A DNA stretch of 64,000 nucleotides, from contig QCUR01000001.1 in assembly GCA_003208875.1 (NCBI GenBank), forward strand, positions 358,117-422,116. Direction: 5' to 3'. Each line of letters begins with the position of its first letter. The stretch's first letter is position 1. This document shows positions 38,783 through 48,333 of the stretch, in pieces. Origin of the DNA: Prochlorococcus sp. AG-679-M23 (GTDB taxonomy: Bacteria; Cyanobacteriota; Cyanobacteriia; PCC-6307; Cyanobiaceae). Position numbers and translations under genes: made by a program. Under the pieces are notes generated by a model. It did no database searches, was not told the origin of the DNA, and saw only the letters and a list, made by a program, of their open reading frames with translations.

Positions 38783-40096
38783 TTGATTAAAGGGTACCTT
38801 CAAAGAAAAGCATCTTGGGAAATTCTATTAAAAGTAAGTTCAGGAATTCATTCAGATCATGCTCTAGAAAAGGTACTAAAAAATTATGAGTTCAATTCAT
38901 TAGATATAGCATTCATAACGGAATTATCTTTTGGATGTATTAGATATAGAAAATTTCTTGACATTTGGATAGACCATACATCAAAACTTTCTCATATAAA
39001 GCAACCACCAAAACTAAGATGGCTTTTACATATAGGTTTATATCAATTATTAAAAATGGATAAAATACCATGTTCTGCAGCTATTTTTTCAACTGTAGAA
39101 GTTGCAAAGAAAACTGATTTAAAAGGTTTGGCTGGAACTGTAAACGCAATATTACGAAATACCGTTAGATATATAGAAAAAGAAAATATCCCCAAAATAT
39201 CCTCAGATGAAATAGAGAGATTGTCTTCTCTTGAGTCATTACCAATATGGCTTGTAAAAGAAATTGTTAATTGGGTAGGAATAAAAGAAGCTAGAAATAT
39301 CGCCAAGGCATTTAATAAAAAACCTTCAATTGATTTGCGAATTAACTCTCTGAAAACTGATTTAAATAAATTTTTGAATCAACTTGCCGAATGTAATATT
39401 AATGCTACTGCAATAAGTCAATTAAAAAACGGGATCGCCTTAAATTCTAATCCAAGGTCTATTAAAAAACTCCCTGGCTATAGCGATGGGCTGTGGGTAG
39501 TCCAAGATAGATCTTCTCAATGGGTCGCTCCTCTTTTAAATCCAATGAAAGGGGAAAAGATTCTAGATGCCTGCTCTGCACCAGGAAGTAAAACAACTCA
39601 TTTAGCTCAGTTAGCTAATGATGATGCTGAAATCTTAGCTGTTGATAGATCAGAAAAAAGATTGAAAATACTTCAATCAAATTTGGAAAGATTAAATATA
39701 AAAAGTGTTAAAACTTTGAAAGCTGATGCAACTAATTTAGTTGATATTAAGCCAAATCTTATCTCTTATTTTGATAAGATCTTAATTGATGCTCCATGTT
39801 CAGGGATTGGGACCTTAGCAAGAAACCCTGATTCAAGATGGTCTTTAAGTAAGGATAAAATAAATCAATTAATTCTTTTACAGGAAAGATTATTAGAAAG
39901 CGTTTTACCTCTTTTAAAAAGAAATGGAACTTTAGTTTATTCAACTTGTACAATATGTCCTGAAGAAAATAATTTTCTAATTAAAAGATTTTTGACAAAA
40001 AATAAGGAAATTAAATTAGATAGTGAAAAACAAATCTTACCGAGATTTGATGAACCAGGAGATGGGTTTTATGCAGCAAAAATTTCTTATAAATAA
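38783..40096 (+). CDS. rsmB: 16S rRNA m5C967 methyltransferase
   Basis: NusB-like N-terminus, VQD, DACSAPGSKT, DAPCSG, YSTCT. Confidence 0.95.
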   Translation: MIKGYLQRKASWEILLKVSSGIHSDHALEKVLKNYEFNSLDIAFITELSFGCIRYRKFLDIWIDHTSKLSHIKQPPKLRWLLHIGLYQLLKMDKIPCSAAIFSTVEVAKKTDLKGLAGTVNAILRNTVRYIEKENIPKISSDEIERLSSLESLPIWLVKEIVNWVGIKEARNIAKAFNKKPSIDLRINSLKTDLNKFLNQLAECNINATAISQLKNGIALNSNPRSIKKLPGYSDGLWVVQDRSSQWVAPLLNPMKGEKILDACSAPGSKTTHLAQLANDDAEILAVDRSEKRLKILQSNLERLNIKSVKTLKADATNLVDIKPNLISYFDKILIDAPCSGIGTLARNPDSRWSLSKDKINQLILLQERLLESVLPLLKRNGTLVYSTCTICPEENNFLIKRFLTKNKEIKLDSEKQILPRFDEPGDGFYAAKISYK

Positions 40097-40115
40097 AAAA
40101 TAAAGTATTTTATTA

Positions 40116-41879
40116 TTAAATCTCTAAATCATATATTTTACTTATGAACTTTTTCCAAAAATAAGCTGCATTACCGCTAGATAACTTAGATTCTTTGTTT
40201 TCATCAAAACCTATCCAAACTCCTGTAGTAAGATTATTAATTGAACCAATAAACCAAAGATCCCTGTTCCCGTCTGAAGTTCCTGTCTTTCCATATACTC
40301 TTTCTCCTTTAATTGAGGCTGCTATCGAAGTTCCTTCCGAAACTGATTTTTCAAGTAGATTATTTAGGCTTTTGTTTACTTCGGAATCTAATATCTTCTC
40401 ATGTATAAATTTATTTTCCCAAACTAATTCATAATTATTTGATTCTATTTTTTCAAGAATGCTTGGCTTATATAGATTTCCATTGCTATTCAAAGCTGCA
40501 TAGGCATTTGTAATATTTAGGAGGCTATCTCCATAAGATCCGATAGCTAATGGTAGAAATTCTTCAAACTGTTGTTTATAACCCAGGCCAAATAAATTAG
40601 CTAGATTTATAATTTTTTTCAGACCTATATTACTAGAAATTTTTAGAGGAACTATATTTGAGGAAGTTTTAAAAGAATCTATTAAAGATATCTTACCTCG
40701 ATAAATTTCAGAAAAATTTTTGGGACAATAATCTTTCCAGCACTTAGGTAAATCTTCGAATTTATCATTTAATTTTATACCTTCTTTTAACGCTGCCGTA
40801 TATGGAATAATTTTAAAAGTTGAACCTAAAGGCCTTATGGCTGAGGTAACCCTATTAAATTCGTTTATTGTTGGTTTCTTACCGGTTATCATTGTTCTAA
40901 TTAGACCGCTATTGGATTCTATTGATAACAATGCTGTCTCAATATTTTTAGGCCCTATAGAGCTAGAAATTTTTTGTCCTATTTCCTGCCAATCTTTGTT
41001 GATGCTCGATTTTATCCTTAAAAATTTGTACTTTTTATGATTTTTGATTTTGTTATTTGTTTCCTTGAGGATGAAATTTACTAATAAATTATCTTTATAA
41101 TCTTTATTATTTATTGAATAATTTAATTTAACTTTTTCCTTTAGAGCTTCATTTCTCTCATCTAAAGATATGTAGCCATCAATATACATATCTTTTAAAA
41201 TTTTATTTCTTTTTTTAATAGCTAAATTGATATTTTCATAAGGCGAATAAATTGAGGGAGCAGGGGCTAATCCAGCTAATAAGGCAACCTCAGATAATGA
41301 TAATTCCGTTATGAGTTTTCCAAAATAAACTTGGGAGGCTTCATTAATTCCATAAGCTCCTGATCCTAAGTAAATATTATTTAAATATAATTTTAAAATT
41401 TGATTTTTACTGAATTTCAAATCTAATACTAAGGAAATTATTATTTCTTTAATTTTTCTTTGAAAACTTAAATCATTATTTAAGAAAATTAATCTCGCTA
41501 CTTGCTGAGTAATAGTGCTTCCACCCTCTTTAAAGTATCCGCTCTGAACATTACTAATAAAGGCTCTTGATAAACCTATTAAGTCAATTCCATTATGGTT
41601 AAAAAATCTTTTATCCTCACCAGAGATAAAAGAATACTTTACAAAAAATGGTATCGCATTTGTATTATCAAGAACATCAAATTTTCGACTTAATTTTCTT
41701 AACGTTTTATTATCAGAAGAAAATATTTCATAAGAATAGGGTATTGATTTTGAAGTATTTATTTTAAGTGGGTCAAAATTTAAAGTAATCCTAATTAAAT
41801 TAAGTATGGGGAAAAATATGACAAAGGAAATAAATATTGAGGAGCTAAAAATAAAATATTTATATTTTATTCCATTCAC
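40116..41879 (-). CDS. Class A penicillin-binding protein (transglycosylase/transpeptidase)
   Basis: EDKRF..HNG, GGSTITQQ, RKIKE, STFK, SSN, KTG. Confidence 0.93.
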   Translation of the reverse strand: MNGIKYKYFIFSSSIFISFVIFFPILNLIRITLNFDPLKINTSKSIPYSYEIFSSDNKTLRKLSRKFDVLDNTNAIPFFVKYSFISGEDKRFFNHNGIDLIGLSRAFISNVQSGYFKEGGSTITQQVARLIFLNNDLSFQRKIKEIIISLVLDLKFSKNQILKLYLNNIYLGSGAYGINEASQVYFGKLITELSLSEVALLAGLAPAPSIYSPYENINLAIKKRNKILKDMYIDGYISLDERNEALKEKVKLNYSINNKDYKDNLLVNFILKETNNKIKNHKKYKFLRIKSSINKDWQEIGQKISSSIGPKNIETALLSIESNSGLIRTMITGKKPTINEFNRVTSAIRPLGSTFKIIPYTAALKEGIKLNDKFEDLPKCWKDYCPKNFSEIYRGKISLIDSFKTSSNIVPLKISSNIGLKKIINLANLFGLGYKQQFEEFLPLAIGSYGDSLLNITNAYAALNSNGNLYKPSILEKIESNNYELVWENKFIHEKILDSEVNKSLNNLLEKSVSEGTSIAASIKGERVYGKTGTSDGNRDLWFIGSINNLTTGVWIGFDENKESKLSSGNAAYFWKKFISKIYDLEI

Positions 41880-41880
41880 T

Positions 41881-42828
41881 TTAAGCTACTAAAAAACTAT
41901 GTCCTATTGCTAGAGCGGTTACTAACATTCCAGTTATAAGGAATGGCTGCGCGCTTGCCTGGTATTTGACATCAAATTTTAACGGGTCCCTTAGTAACCA
42001 CATATCTTGAAATGTAATTTGAGGAATTACCAGTAAAACTAAAATTACTGATGCTAAATGTTGTCCAATAACAATTAATACGATAACCATTGCTAATTGA
42101 AAAATATCAATGAGACCAGCACTTATTCGACTAGCTTTTTTAATTCCAAATATTACAGGTAAGGAATTCAATCCTAGTTTTGAATCCCCTTCAACACTTT
42201 TAAAATCATTTATAACTGCTATTCCAAGCCCAGAAAGACTATAAGCAAGAGTTAGTAATGCAGTAACAATAGTTAATTTCCCAAATAAGGCTTGTCCCGC
42301 CCACCATGGGAGAGCTATATATGAGGCTCCTAAAGCATAATTTCCTAGCCAGCCATTTTGCTTCAATTTTAAAGGAGGAGCAGAATAGATATAACTTACT
42401 AAAGACCCACCTAAAGCTAGAAGAAAGACAGAGGGAAAACTATGTTTTGCATATAAATCTAATAAAAAAGAAACTACTAGACCAGCAATAAGTAATACCC
42501 AAATTTGTATTTTTACTTCCTTAATCGAAATCTTTCCAGAAGGGATTGGTCTATTAGGTTCATTAATAGCGTCAATTTCTCTATCAAAAAAATCATTAAT
42601 AGTTTGGGTATAACCTGCTAGAAGTGGTCCGCTCATGAGCATGCATGCTAGTGAGGCTAAAACGTTACTTATTGTCCACTGAAAGTTTCCGCTTGCGGCA
42701 GCTCCACAGATTACCCCCCATATCAATGGGATCCATGTGATTGGCTTCATTAATTGTATGCGTAGTTTCCAAATACTTGAAGTCTCTGAAGCCCCTTTAA
42801 TTCCTAATAATTGTTTTGGATCATTCAC
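41881..42828 (-). CDS. chlG: Chlorophyll synthase
   Basis: QLMKPITWIPL, NDFFDREIDAINEP.RPIPSG, NDFKSVEGD. Confidence 0.98.
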   Translation of the reverse strand: MNDPKQLLGIKGASETSSIWKLRIQLMKPITWIPLIWGVICGAAASGNFQWTISNVLASLACMLMSGPLLAGYTQTINDFFDREIDAINEPNRPIPSGKISIKEVKIQIWVLLIAGLVVSFLLDLYAKHSFPSVFLLALGGSLVSYIYSAPPLKLKQNGWLGNYALGASYIALPWWAGQALFGKLTIVTALLTLAYSLSGLGIAVINDFKSVEGDSKLGLNSLPVIFGIKKASRISAGLIDIFQLAMVIVLIVIGQHLASVILVLLVIPQITFQDMWLLRDPLKFDVKYQASAQPFLITGMLVTALAIGHSFLVA

Positions 42829-42837
42829 TTTTAATAT

Positions 42838-43062
42838 TTAACCTTTCTCAATTTCTTCAGGGAAAAACCAATTTTCTTCACCATTTTGCAATCTAACAGT
42901 AATGCCAATACTTCTCCCATCGGTCATTTTATATCCTGTTGTTAAAACTCTTGGGTTTGAGGATATTTGATCAATTAGCTTTGCAGGCAATCTATCTTTA
43001 ACCTTGTTAATGTTAATTTTAACTTTACTACCAATTTTGGGTAATAATTTAGTTTCAGCCAT
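42838..43062 (-). CDS. petP: Cytochrome b6f subunit PetP (DUF2862)
   Basis: IGSKV....VKDRL, GYKMTDG..IG, WFF.EEI; adjacent to chlG. Confidence 0.8.
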   Translation of the reverse strand: MAETKLLPKIGSKVKININKVKDRLPAKLIDQISSNPRVLTTGYKMTDGRSIGITVRLQNGEENWFFPEEIEKG

Positions 43063-43121
43063 AAGAGGTAAAATGGAAGCTATTATGCAAGATTAACAGT
43101 CTTTGGTCAATTTTTTTTAAA

Positions 43122-43889
43122 ATGGTAGCTCTTCGTTTAATTCCTTGTTTAGATGTAGCAAATGGAAGGGTCGTTAAAGGTGTTAATTTTGTAAACCTTA
43201 GAGACTCTGGTGACCCTGTCGAATTAGCGTGTAAATATTCAGAAGCAGGAGCTGATGAATTAGTATTTTTAGATATAAGAGCTAGTGTGGAAAATAGAAA
43301 AACATTAGTTGATCTTGTCTCTAGAACTGCGAAATCAGTTAAAATCCCCTTTACTGTTGGTGGTGGAATAGATTCGATCATATCAATTAATGATCTTTTA
43401 AGAGCGGGAGCAGATAAAGTAAGTTTAAATTCTTCTGCAGTTAAAAATCCAGACATAATTTCCAAAAGCTCTGCAAATTTCGGAACACAATGTATTGTTA
43501 TTGCTATTGATGCAAGAAAAAAAACTAATAAATCTAATGAATGGGAAGTCTATGTTAAGGGTGGACGTGAGAATACTGGTTTAGATGTAGTAAGTTGGGC
43601 AAAAAAAGTTGAGAAATTAGGTGCTGGAGAAATTTTATTAACTTCAATGGATGGTGATGGAACACAAAATGGATACGATTTATTGTTGACTCAAACGGTT
43701 GCAAATGCAGTTAATATTCCTGTTATCGCTTCTGGGGGGGCAGGCTGTGTAGAAGATATTTATGATGTTTTTACTGAAGGCAAAGCCTCGGCAGCACTTT
43801 TAGCATCTTTACTTCATGACAAAAAACTTACTATAGATGAAATAAAATCTTTTCTTATTGAAAAGAAACTACCAATTAGACCTAATTAA
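43122..43889 (+). CDS. hisF: Imidazole glycerol phosphate synthase cyclase subunit
   Basis: [36 protein letters not shown]. Confidence 0.98.
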   Translation: MVALRLIPCLDVANGRVVKGVNFVNLRDSGDPVELACKYSEAGADELVFLDIRASVENRKTLVDLVSRTAKSVKIPFTVGGGIDSIISINDLLRAGADKVSLNSSAVKNPDIISKSSANFGTQCIVIAIDARKKTNKSNEWEVYVKGGRENTGLDVVSWAKKVEKLGAGEILLTSMDGDGTQNGYDLLLTQTVANAVNIPVIASGGAGCVEDIYDVFTEGKASAALLASLLHDKKLTIDEIKSFLIEKKLPIRPN

Positions 43890-43924
43890 AAAAATAATTT
43901 ATTATTTATTAAAAACATTTAAAT

Positions 43925-44626
43925 ATGCGATATAAAAAAACTAATGAGGTTCAAACTATTTTTAACAAAATTTCTTGTAGTTATGACTTTTTAAATAGTT
44001 TACTCAGTTTAGGATTACACAAATATTGGAAAAAGGAATTAGTTGATTTATTAAAACCAATTGATGGAGAGAATTGGGCTGATTTGTGTTGTGGAACTGG
44101 GGATTTATCATTTTTAATTTTTAAAAAAGTTTGGCCCAATGGGAGTGTTACTGGAATAGATAGTGCAAGGGAAATTTTAAATATTGCAATGGAAAGGTCG
44201 AAATTGATTGAAAATAAATTTATCTCTTGGGAGATGCAAGATATCTTAGAAATAGATGAAGATTTAAAAAATTATGATGGAATTTGTATATCTTATGGTT
44301 TAAGAAATTTAGTCAATGTAGAGGAAGGACTAAAAAAAGTTTTTAATCTTTTAAGTGATACGGGTAGAGCTGGGTTTCTTGACTTTAATCATTCTAAATT
44401 TAATTCTAAAGCTGATTTGTTTCAAAAAATATATTTAAGATTTGTTGTGGTCCCAATTTCAAAAATTTTTAGATTAAGTAAAGAATATTCTTATATTGAA
44501 AAAAGTATAAAAAATTTTCCAAAGGGAAACGAACTTATGCTAATTGCAAAAGGAGTAGGGTTTAAGAAAGTTGAATATAGGACTATTTTTTTCAATCAAA
44601 TGGGAATATTAATATTAGAAAAATAA
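43925..44626 (+). CDS. menG: Demethylphylloquinol/demethylmenaquinone methyltransferase (MenG/UbiE)
   Basis: F..I...YD.LN..LSLGLH..WK, DLCCGTGD, YGLRN. Confidence 0.85.
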   Translation: MRYKKTNEVQTIFNKISCSYDFLNSLLSLGLHKYWKKELVDLLKPIDGENWADLCCGTGDLSFLIFKKVWPNGSVTGIDSAREILNIAMERSKLIENKFISWEMQDILEIDEDLKNYDGICISYGLRNLVNVEEGLKKVFNLLSDTGRAGFLDFNHSKFNSKADLFQKIYLRFVVVPISKIFRLSKEYSYIEKSIKNFPKGNELMLIAKGVGFKKVEYRTIFFNQMGILILEK

Positions 44627-44634
44627 AATTCATC

Positions 44635-45117
44635 TTAATTATTTTTTCTCCAACAAAAAGTACATTTTCCCCATCTTGATATCTCACCTTCTGGTGCAGG
44701 ACTATTGCATATTTTGCAAATAACCATATTGTCATTCTTTATTCTGCTCGGATGATTTTCCCAGACTGTTTTTGCATTAATCTCTTTTTTATCTAAGCTT
44801 TTGACTTCATAATTTTGAATTATCTTTATTTCATTTAAATTTATTCCAAATCCGCTAATACTCTCCTTTAATCTATGTTTGTTATAAATTAGTGCCTGCC
44901 TCCATTGTGGATGATTTACAGCAATAATAAGAGTCTTTTGTTCGATTTTTAAGGGCTTACATGCTTTAGATAATTCCAGACCAATTAACTTTTCCCAATT
45001 CTCATTTAGTTTGGATAGTTTATCTAGGTCTTTCCATGATTTTTTGAAATTATCAATACAATTTCGCATTGATGATGGATATCTTTTATTCAATATTGGT
45101 AAATATCTTTTATTCAA
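44635..45117 (-). CDS. DUF721 (DciA-like) protein with C-terminal CxxC...CxxC
   Basis: W..LIG..L...C.P, V.HPQW.Q.L, CKIC...CTFC. Confidence 0.8.
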   Translation of the reverse strand: MNKRYLPILNKRYPSSMRNCIDNFKKSWKDLDKLSKLNENWEKLIGLELSKACKPLKIEQKTLIIAVNHPQWRQALIYNKHRLKESISGFGINLNEIKIIQNYEVKSLDKKEINAKTVWENHPSRIKNDNMVICKICNSPAPEGEISRWGKCTFCWRKNN

Positions 45118-45192
45118 TTGATATAATTAAAGTTATAAGGGTTAAGATAATTTAATCTTGTCAAGATTGCCTGTTTTTTATATTAAGGATTT

Positions 45193-45942
45193 GTGAAAGT
45201 TTTAGGATCAGTAGCTAAGACCACATATTACTACAAAAAAATCCAGGGAGTTTGTCCTAATTGGAAACTTCAATACAAATTAAAATGTAAAAGTACTGAA
45301 TACGAACTAACAAATTGGCTCCAAGATTCTCCAATCAAAAGATATAAACCAAGAGCAATAGTAGCTAAAGAACAATTTTTAGGAACAGGTCAGAATTCAA
45401 GACGATGGATTTCTCCTAAAGGAGGCATTTGGCTAAGTGCGGCTTATCCAATTTTTACCTCAAAATTTTCAAGTGAGATATTTAGTCTTTCATTCGCAAT
45501 TAAGTTATGTGAAATGTTGAATAAGGAATCTATAAAAGTCGATTTAAAATGGCCAAATGATATTTTTTTTAATTCAAAAAAATTAATTGGATTTTTACCC
45601 AGAGTGATAACAAGAGGGAAAGAAATTATCTATTTAAGGATAGGTATCGGCATGAATTTTTTAAATAAAACTCCATTAGAGGGCATTGCTTTATCTGAAA
45701 TACTTAATACTAAAAATATATGTGAACATGTTTGGACTGCAAAAATCCTTAAAACTATTCATGAGTCAGTCGAATGTAATGATAGAAAAGAATATATTAT
45801 TAAAAACGCAAATAAATATCTTACAAAAAAACATTTACCTAGAGGATATAACTCAAATGATTGGTTAATAAAAGAGGTAGATGATAATGGGAATTTGAGA
45901 ATTTATAATGGAATCCAGGAGAAAATATTAACGAGGTTTTAA
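45193..45942 (+). CDS. birA: Biotin-[acetyl-CoA carboxylase] ligase
   Basis: STE, Q..G.GQ..R.W.SP.GG, LKWPND, KKL.G, GIG.N. Confidence 0.88.
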   Translation: MKVLGSVAKTTYYYKKIQGVCPNWKLQYKLKCKSTEYELTNWLQDSPIKRYKPRAIVAKEQFLGTGQNSRRWISPKGGIWLSAAYPIFTSKFSSEIFSLSFAIKLCEMLNKESIKVDLKWPNDIFFNSKKLIGFLPRVITRGKEIIYLRIGIGMNFLNKTPLEGIALSEILNTKNICEHVWTAKILKTIHESVECNDRKEYIIKNANKYLTKKHLPRGYNSNDWLIKEVDDNGNLRIYNGIQEKILTRF

Positions 45943-45944
45943 AT

Positions 45945-46631
45945 TTATTTAACTTTTAATTCAATTATTTTCCCATCTTTAAACTTTGCTATTTTCTTTG
46001 CCCGACTTGCAACTTCATCTTCGTGCGTAACTAAAACTATAGTTATACCTGATTCATGAAGTTTATCAAAAAGGTCTAAAACATCTTCTGTCGTCTTTGA
46101 ATCTAAAGCGCCAGTGGGTTCATCGGCTAATAAAATTGCAGGATTATTGATAATTGCTCTTGCAATAGCTACACGTTGTTGTTGACCTCCTGACAATTGA
46201 TTAGGACGATTATTTACTCTCTCAGAAAGTCCAACTTTGTCTAATGCATTTTTTGCTCTTTTTTCTCTTTCTATAGGATCTACCCCTGCATAAATCATCG
46301 GTAAAAGAACATTTTCTAGTGCTGTAGCGTCTGCGAGAAGGTGGAATTGTTGGAAAACAAATCCTAATTTTTGGTTTCTTAACTCAGCTAATTCATCATC
46401 AGATAAATTTTCAACAGGAGTTCCATTTAATTTATAAACGCCTTGAGATGGTCTGTCTAGACAGCCAATAATGTTCATTGCAGTACTTTTACCTGAACCA
46501 CTTGCGCCCATAACTGCCAAATAGTCCCCTTTATAAATTTCTAAATTCACATTATCTAAGGCTTTTACAATAAGTTCATCTTTGCCATACATTTTTGATA
46601 CTTTTTCTAAGGTCGCAACTTTTTTAGTCAT
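45945..46631 (-). CDS. ABC transporter ATP-binding protein (LolD/MacB-like)
   Basis: GASGSGKST, LSGGQQQRVAIARA, ADEPTG. Confidence 0.93.
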   Translation of the reverse strand: MTKKVATLEKVSKMYGKDELIVKALDNVNLEIYKGDYLAVMGASGSGKSTAMNIIGCLDRPSQGVYKLNGTPVENLSDDELAELRNQKLGFVFQQFHLLADATALENVLLPMIYAGVDPIEREKRAKNALDKVGLSERVNNRPNQLSGGQQQRVAIARAIINNPAILLADEPTGALDSKTTEDVLDLFDKLHESGITIVLVTHEDEVASRAKKIAKFKDGKIIELKVK

Positions 46632-46645
46632 TTATTAATTCTCTT

Positions 46646-48166
46646 CTAAAGAACATTATTTGTTATCGCTAATATATCTTGTAAAAAAGGAGTTTCTGAT
46701 ACTGCTGAATTAGCTAATTTGAAAAGAGGGTTAGAAAGTATTCCGCCTAAAGCTGTAATAGCTATGCAAGTATATAGTGCAATTCTAAGTGGAGGTAATC
46801 CAATGATGTTCCAGTTGATCTCAGGATAAGATTTAACTATTTCAGAAGCTTCTTGTGGTTCTTTTACTACCATCATTTTTATAACCGAGATGTAGTAATA
46901 AATTGAAATTACTGAAGTTATTAATCCGACAACTACCAAAAGGTATTGATGGTTAGCCCAACCTGCAAAAAACAAATATATTTTCCCGAAAAAACCCAAC
47001 ATAGGCGGAAGCCCACCAAGAGAAAGAAGACATAGGCTCAGTCCCAAAGTAATTAAAGGATCTTTTTGATAAAGGCCTGAATAATCTGTAATTCTATCTG
47101 ATCCAGTTCGGAGTGAAAAAAGTATTACACATGAAAAAGCCCCTAGATTCATAAATAAATATGCAGCTAAATATAAAACAGCTGATGAAAGACCATCTTG
47201 TGTTCCAGATACTATGCCAATCATTACAAATCCAGCTTGACCAATGGAACTGTAAGCCAACATTCTTTTCATTGAGGTTTGGGCCAATGCCACAATATTT
47301 CCTAGGGCCATACTCAAGATGGCTAAAATTGTAAAAAGTAGTTTCCATTGTTCATCGAAAGAAGAAAAAGTAGTGCTTAAAATTCTTATTGCAAAAGCAA
47401 ATCCGGCAGTCTTAGATCCTACAGATAAAAAAGCTACTACAGGTGTTGGGGATCCCTCATAAACATCAGGTGTCCATTGATGAAAAGGAACTGCAGCAAT
47501 CTTAAAAGCAACAGTTGATAAGACAAATACTAGTGATAAGGATGTAATAAATGATGGTTTATTTATTATCTCTACCCCGATGGTTGATAAGTTTGTGGAA
47601 CCACTAAGACCATAAAGGAATGAGGATCCATATAAATAAACAGCGGCAGCAGCTGATCCAACTAGGAGATATTTTAAAGCGGCCTCTGAACTTCTAGGGT
47701 CTCTCTTGAGATAACCAGAAAGACAATAACTAGCTACTGATAAAGTCTCTAAAGATATAAATACACTTACGAGGTCCGTAGATCCACACAAAAGCATAGC
47801 TCCTAAAGTTGCTGATAAGACTATTGCAGCGAATTCCCCAATTGGACTTCCACTTTGCTCTGTGTAACGCCAACTAATAAGTAAGGAAATTAGAGTTGAT
47901 AGTGCAATAATTGATCTAAATGCAATAGCTAAATTATCTGAATTAAAAGAGCCTAGGAATGAACTATTTACAGGGTTACTCCACTGTAAAGCGAGACTTA
48001 TAAGAGAACTGCCTAATGAAATGTAACAAATAACTGGTGCCCACCTTGAGGCAGTTTTTTCGCCAGCAAGATCCACAAGAAGAGTTCCAACAATACCAAG
48101 CAAAATGAAAGCTTCTGGAATAATTGCTTGAGCATTTAAATTAATTGTAAAGATTTCGTTCTGCAC
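46646..48166 (-). CDS. ndhB: NAD(P)H-quinone oxidoreductase subunit 2
   Basis: [37 protein letters not shown]. Confidence 0.97.
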   Translation of the reverse strand: MQNEIFTINLNAQAIIPEAFILLGIVGTLLVDLAGEKTASRWAPVICYISLGSSLISLALQWSNPVNSSFLGSFNSDNLAIAFRSIIALSTLISLLISWRYTEQSGSPIGEFAAIVLSATLGAMLLCGSTDLVSVFISLETLSVASYCLSGYLKRDPRSSEAALKYLLVGSAAAAVYLYGSSFLYGLSGSTNLSTIGVEIINKPSFITSLSLVFVLSTVAFKIAAVPFHQWTPDVYEGSPTPVVAFLSVGSKTAGFAFAIRILSTTFSSFDEQWKLLFTILAILSMALGNIVALAQTSMKRMLAYSSIGQAGFVMIGIVSGTQDGLSSAVLYLAAYLFMNLGAFSCVILFSLRTGSDRITDYSGLYQKDPLITLGLSLCLLSLGGLPPMLGFFGKIYLFFAGWANHQYLLVVVGLITSVISIYYYISVIKMMVVKEPQEASEIVKSYPEINWNIIGLPPLRIALYTCIAITALGGILSNPLFKLANSAVSETPFLQDILAITNNVL

Positions 48167-48333
48167 TTAATTAAATTGAATGTTTGATTGTAAGGATGTA
48201 AGAGTTAAACTTACTTGATTATAATTTGTGGGGATAAGTTTTGAAATCTTCGAGCAACATTGCTTAAAGGGTTTCAATACATCATAATATGCCCTAATTG
48301 ATTAAAAAAACACTAATTTTATCGAAATAGACC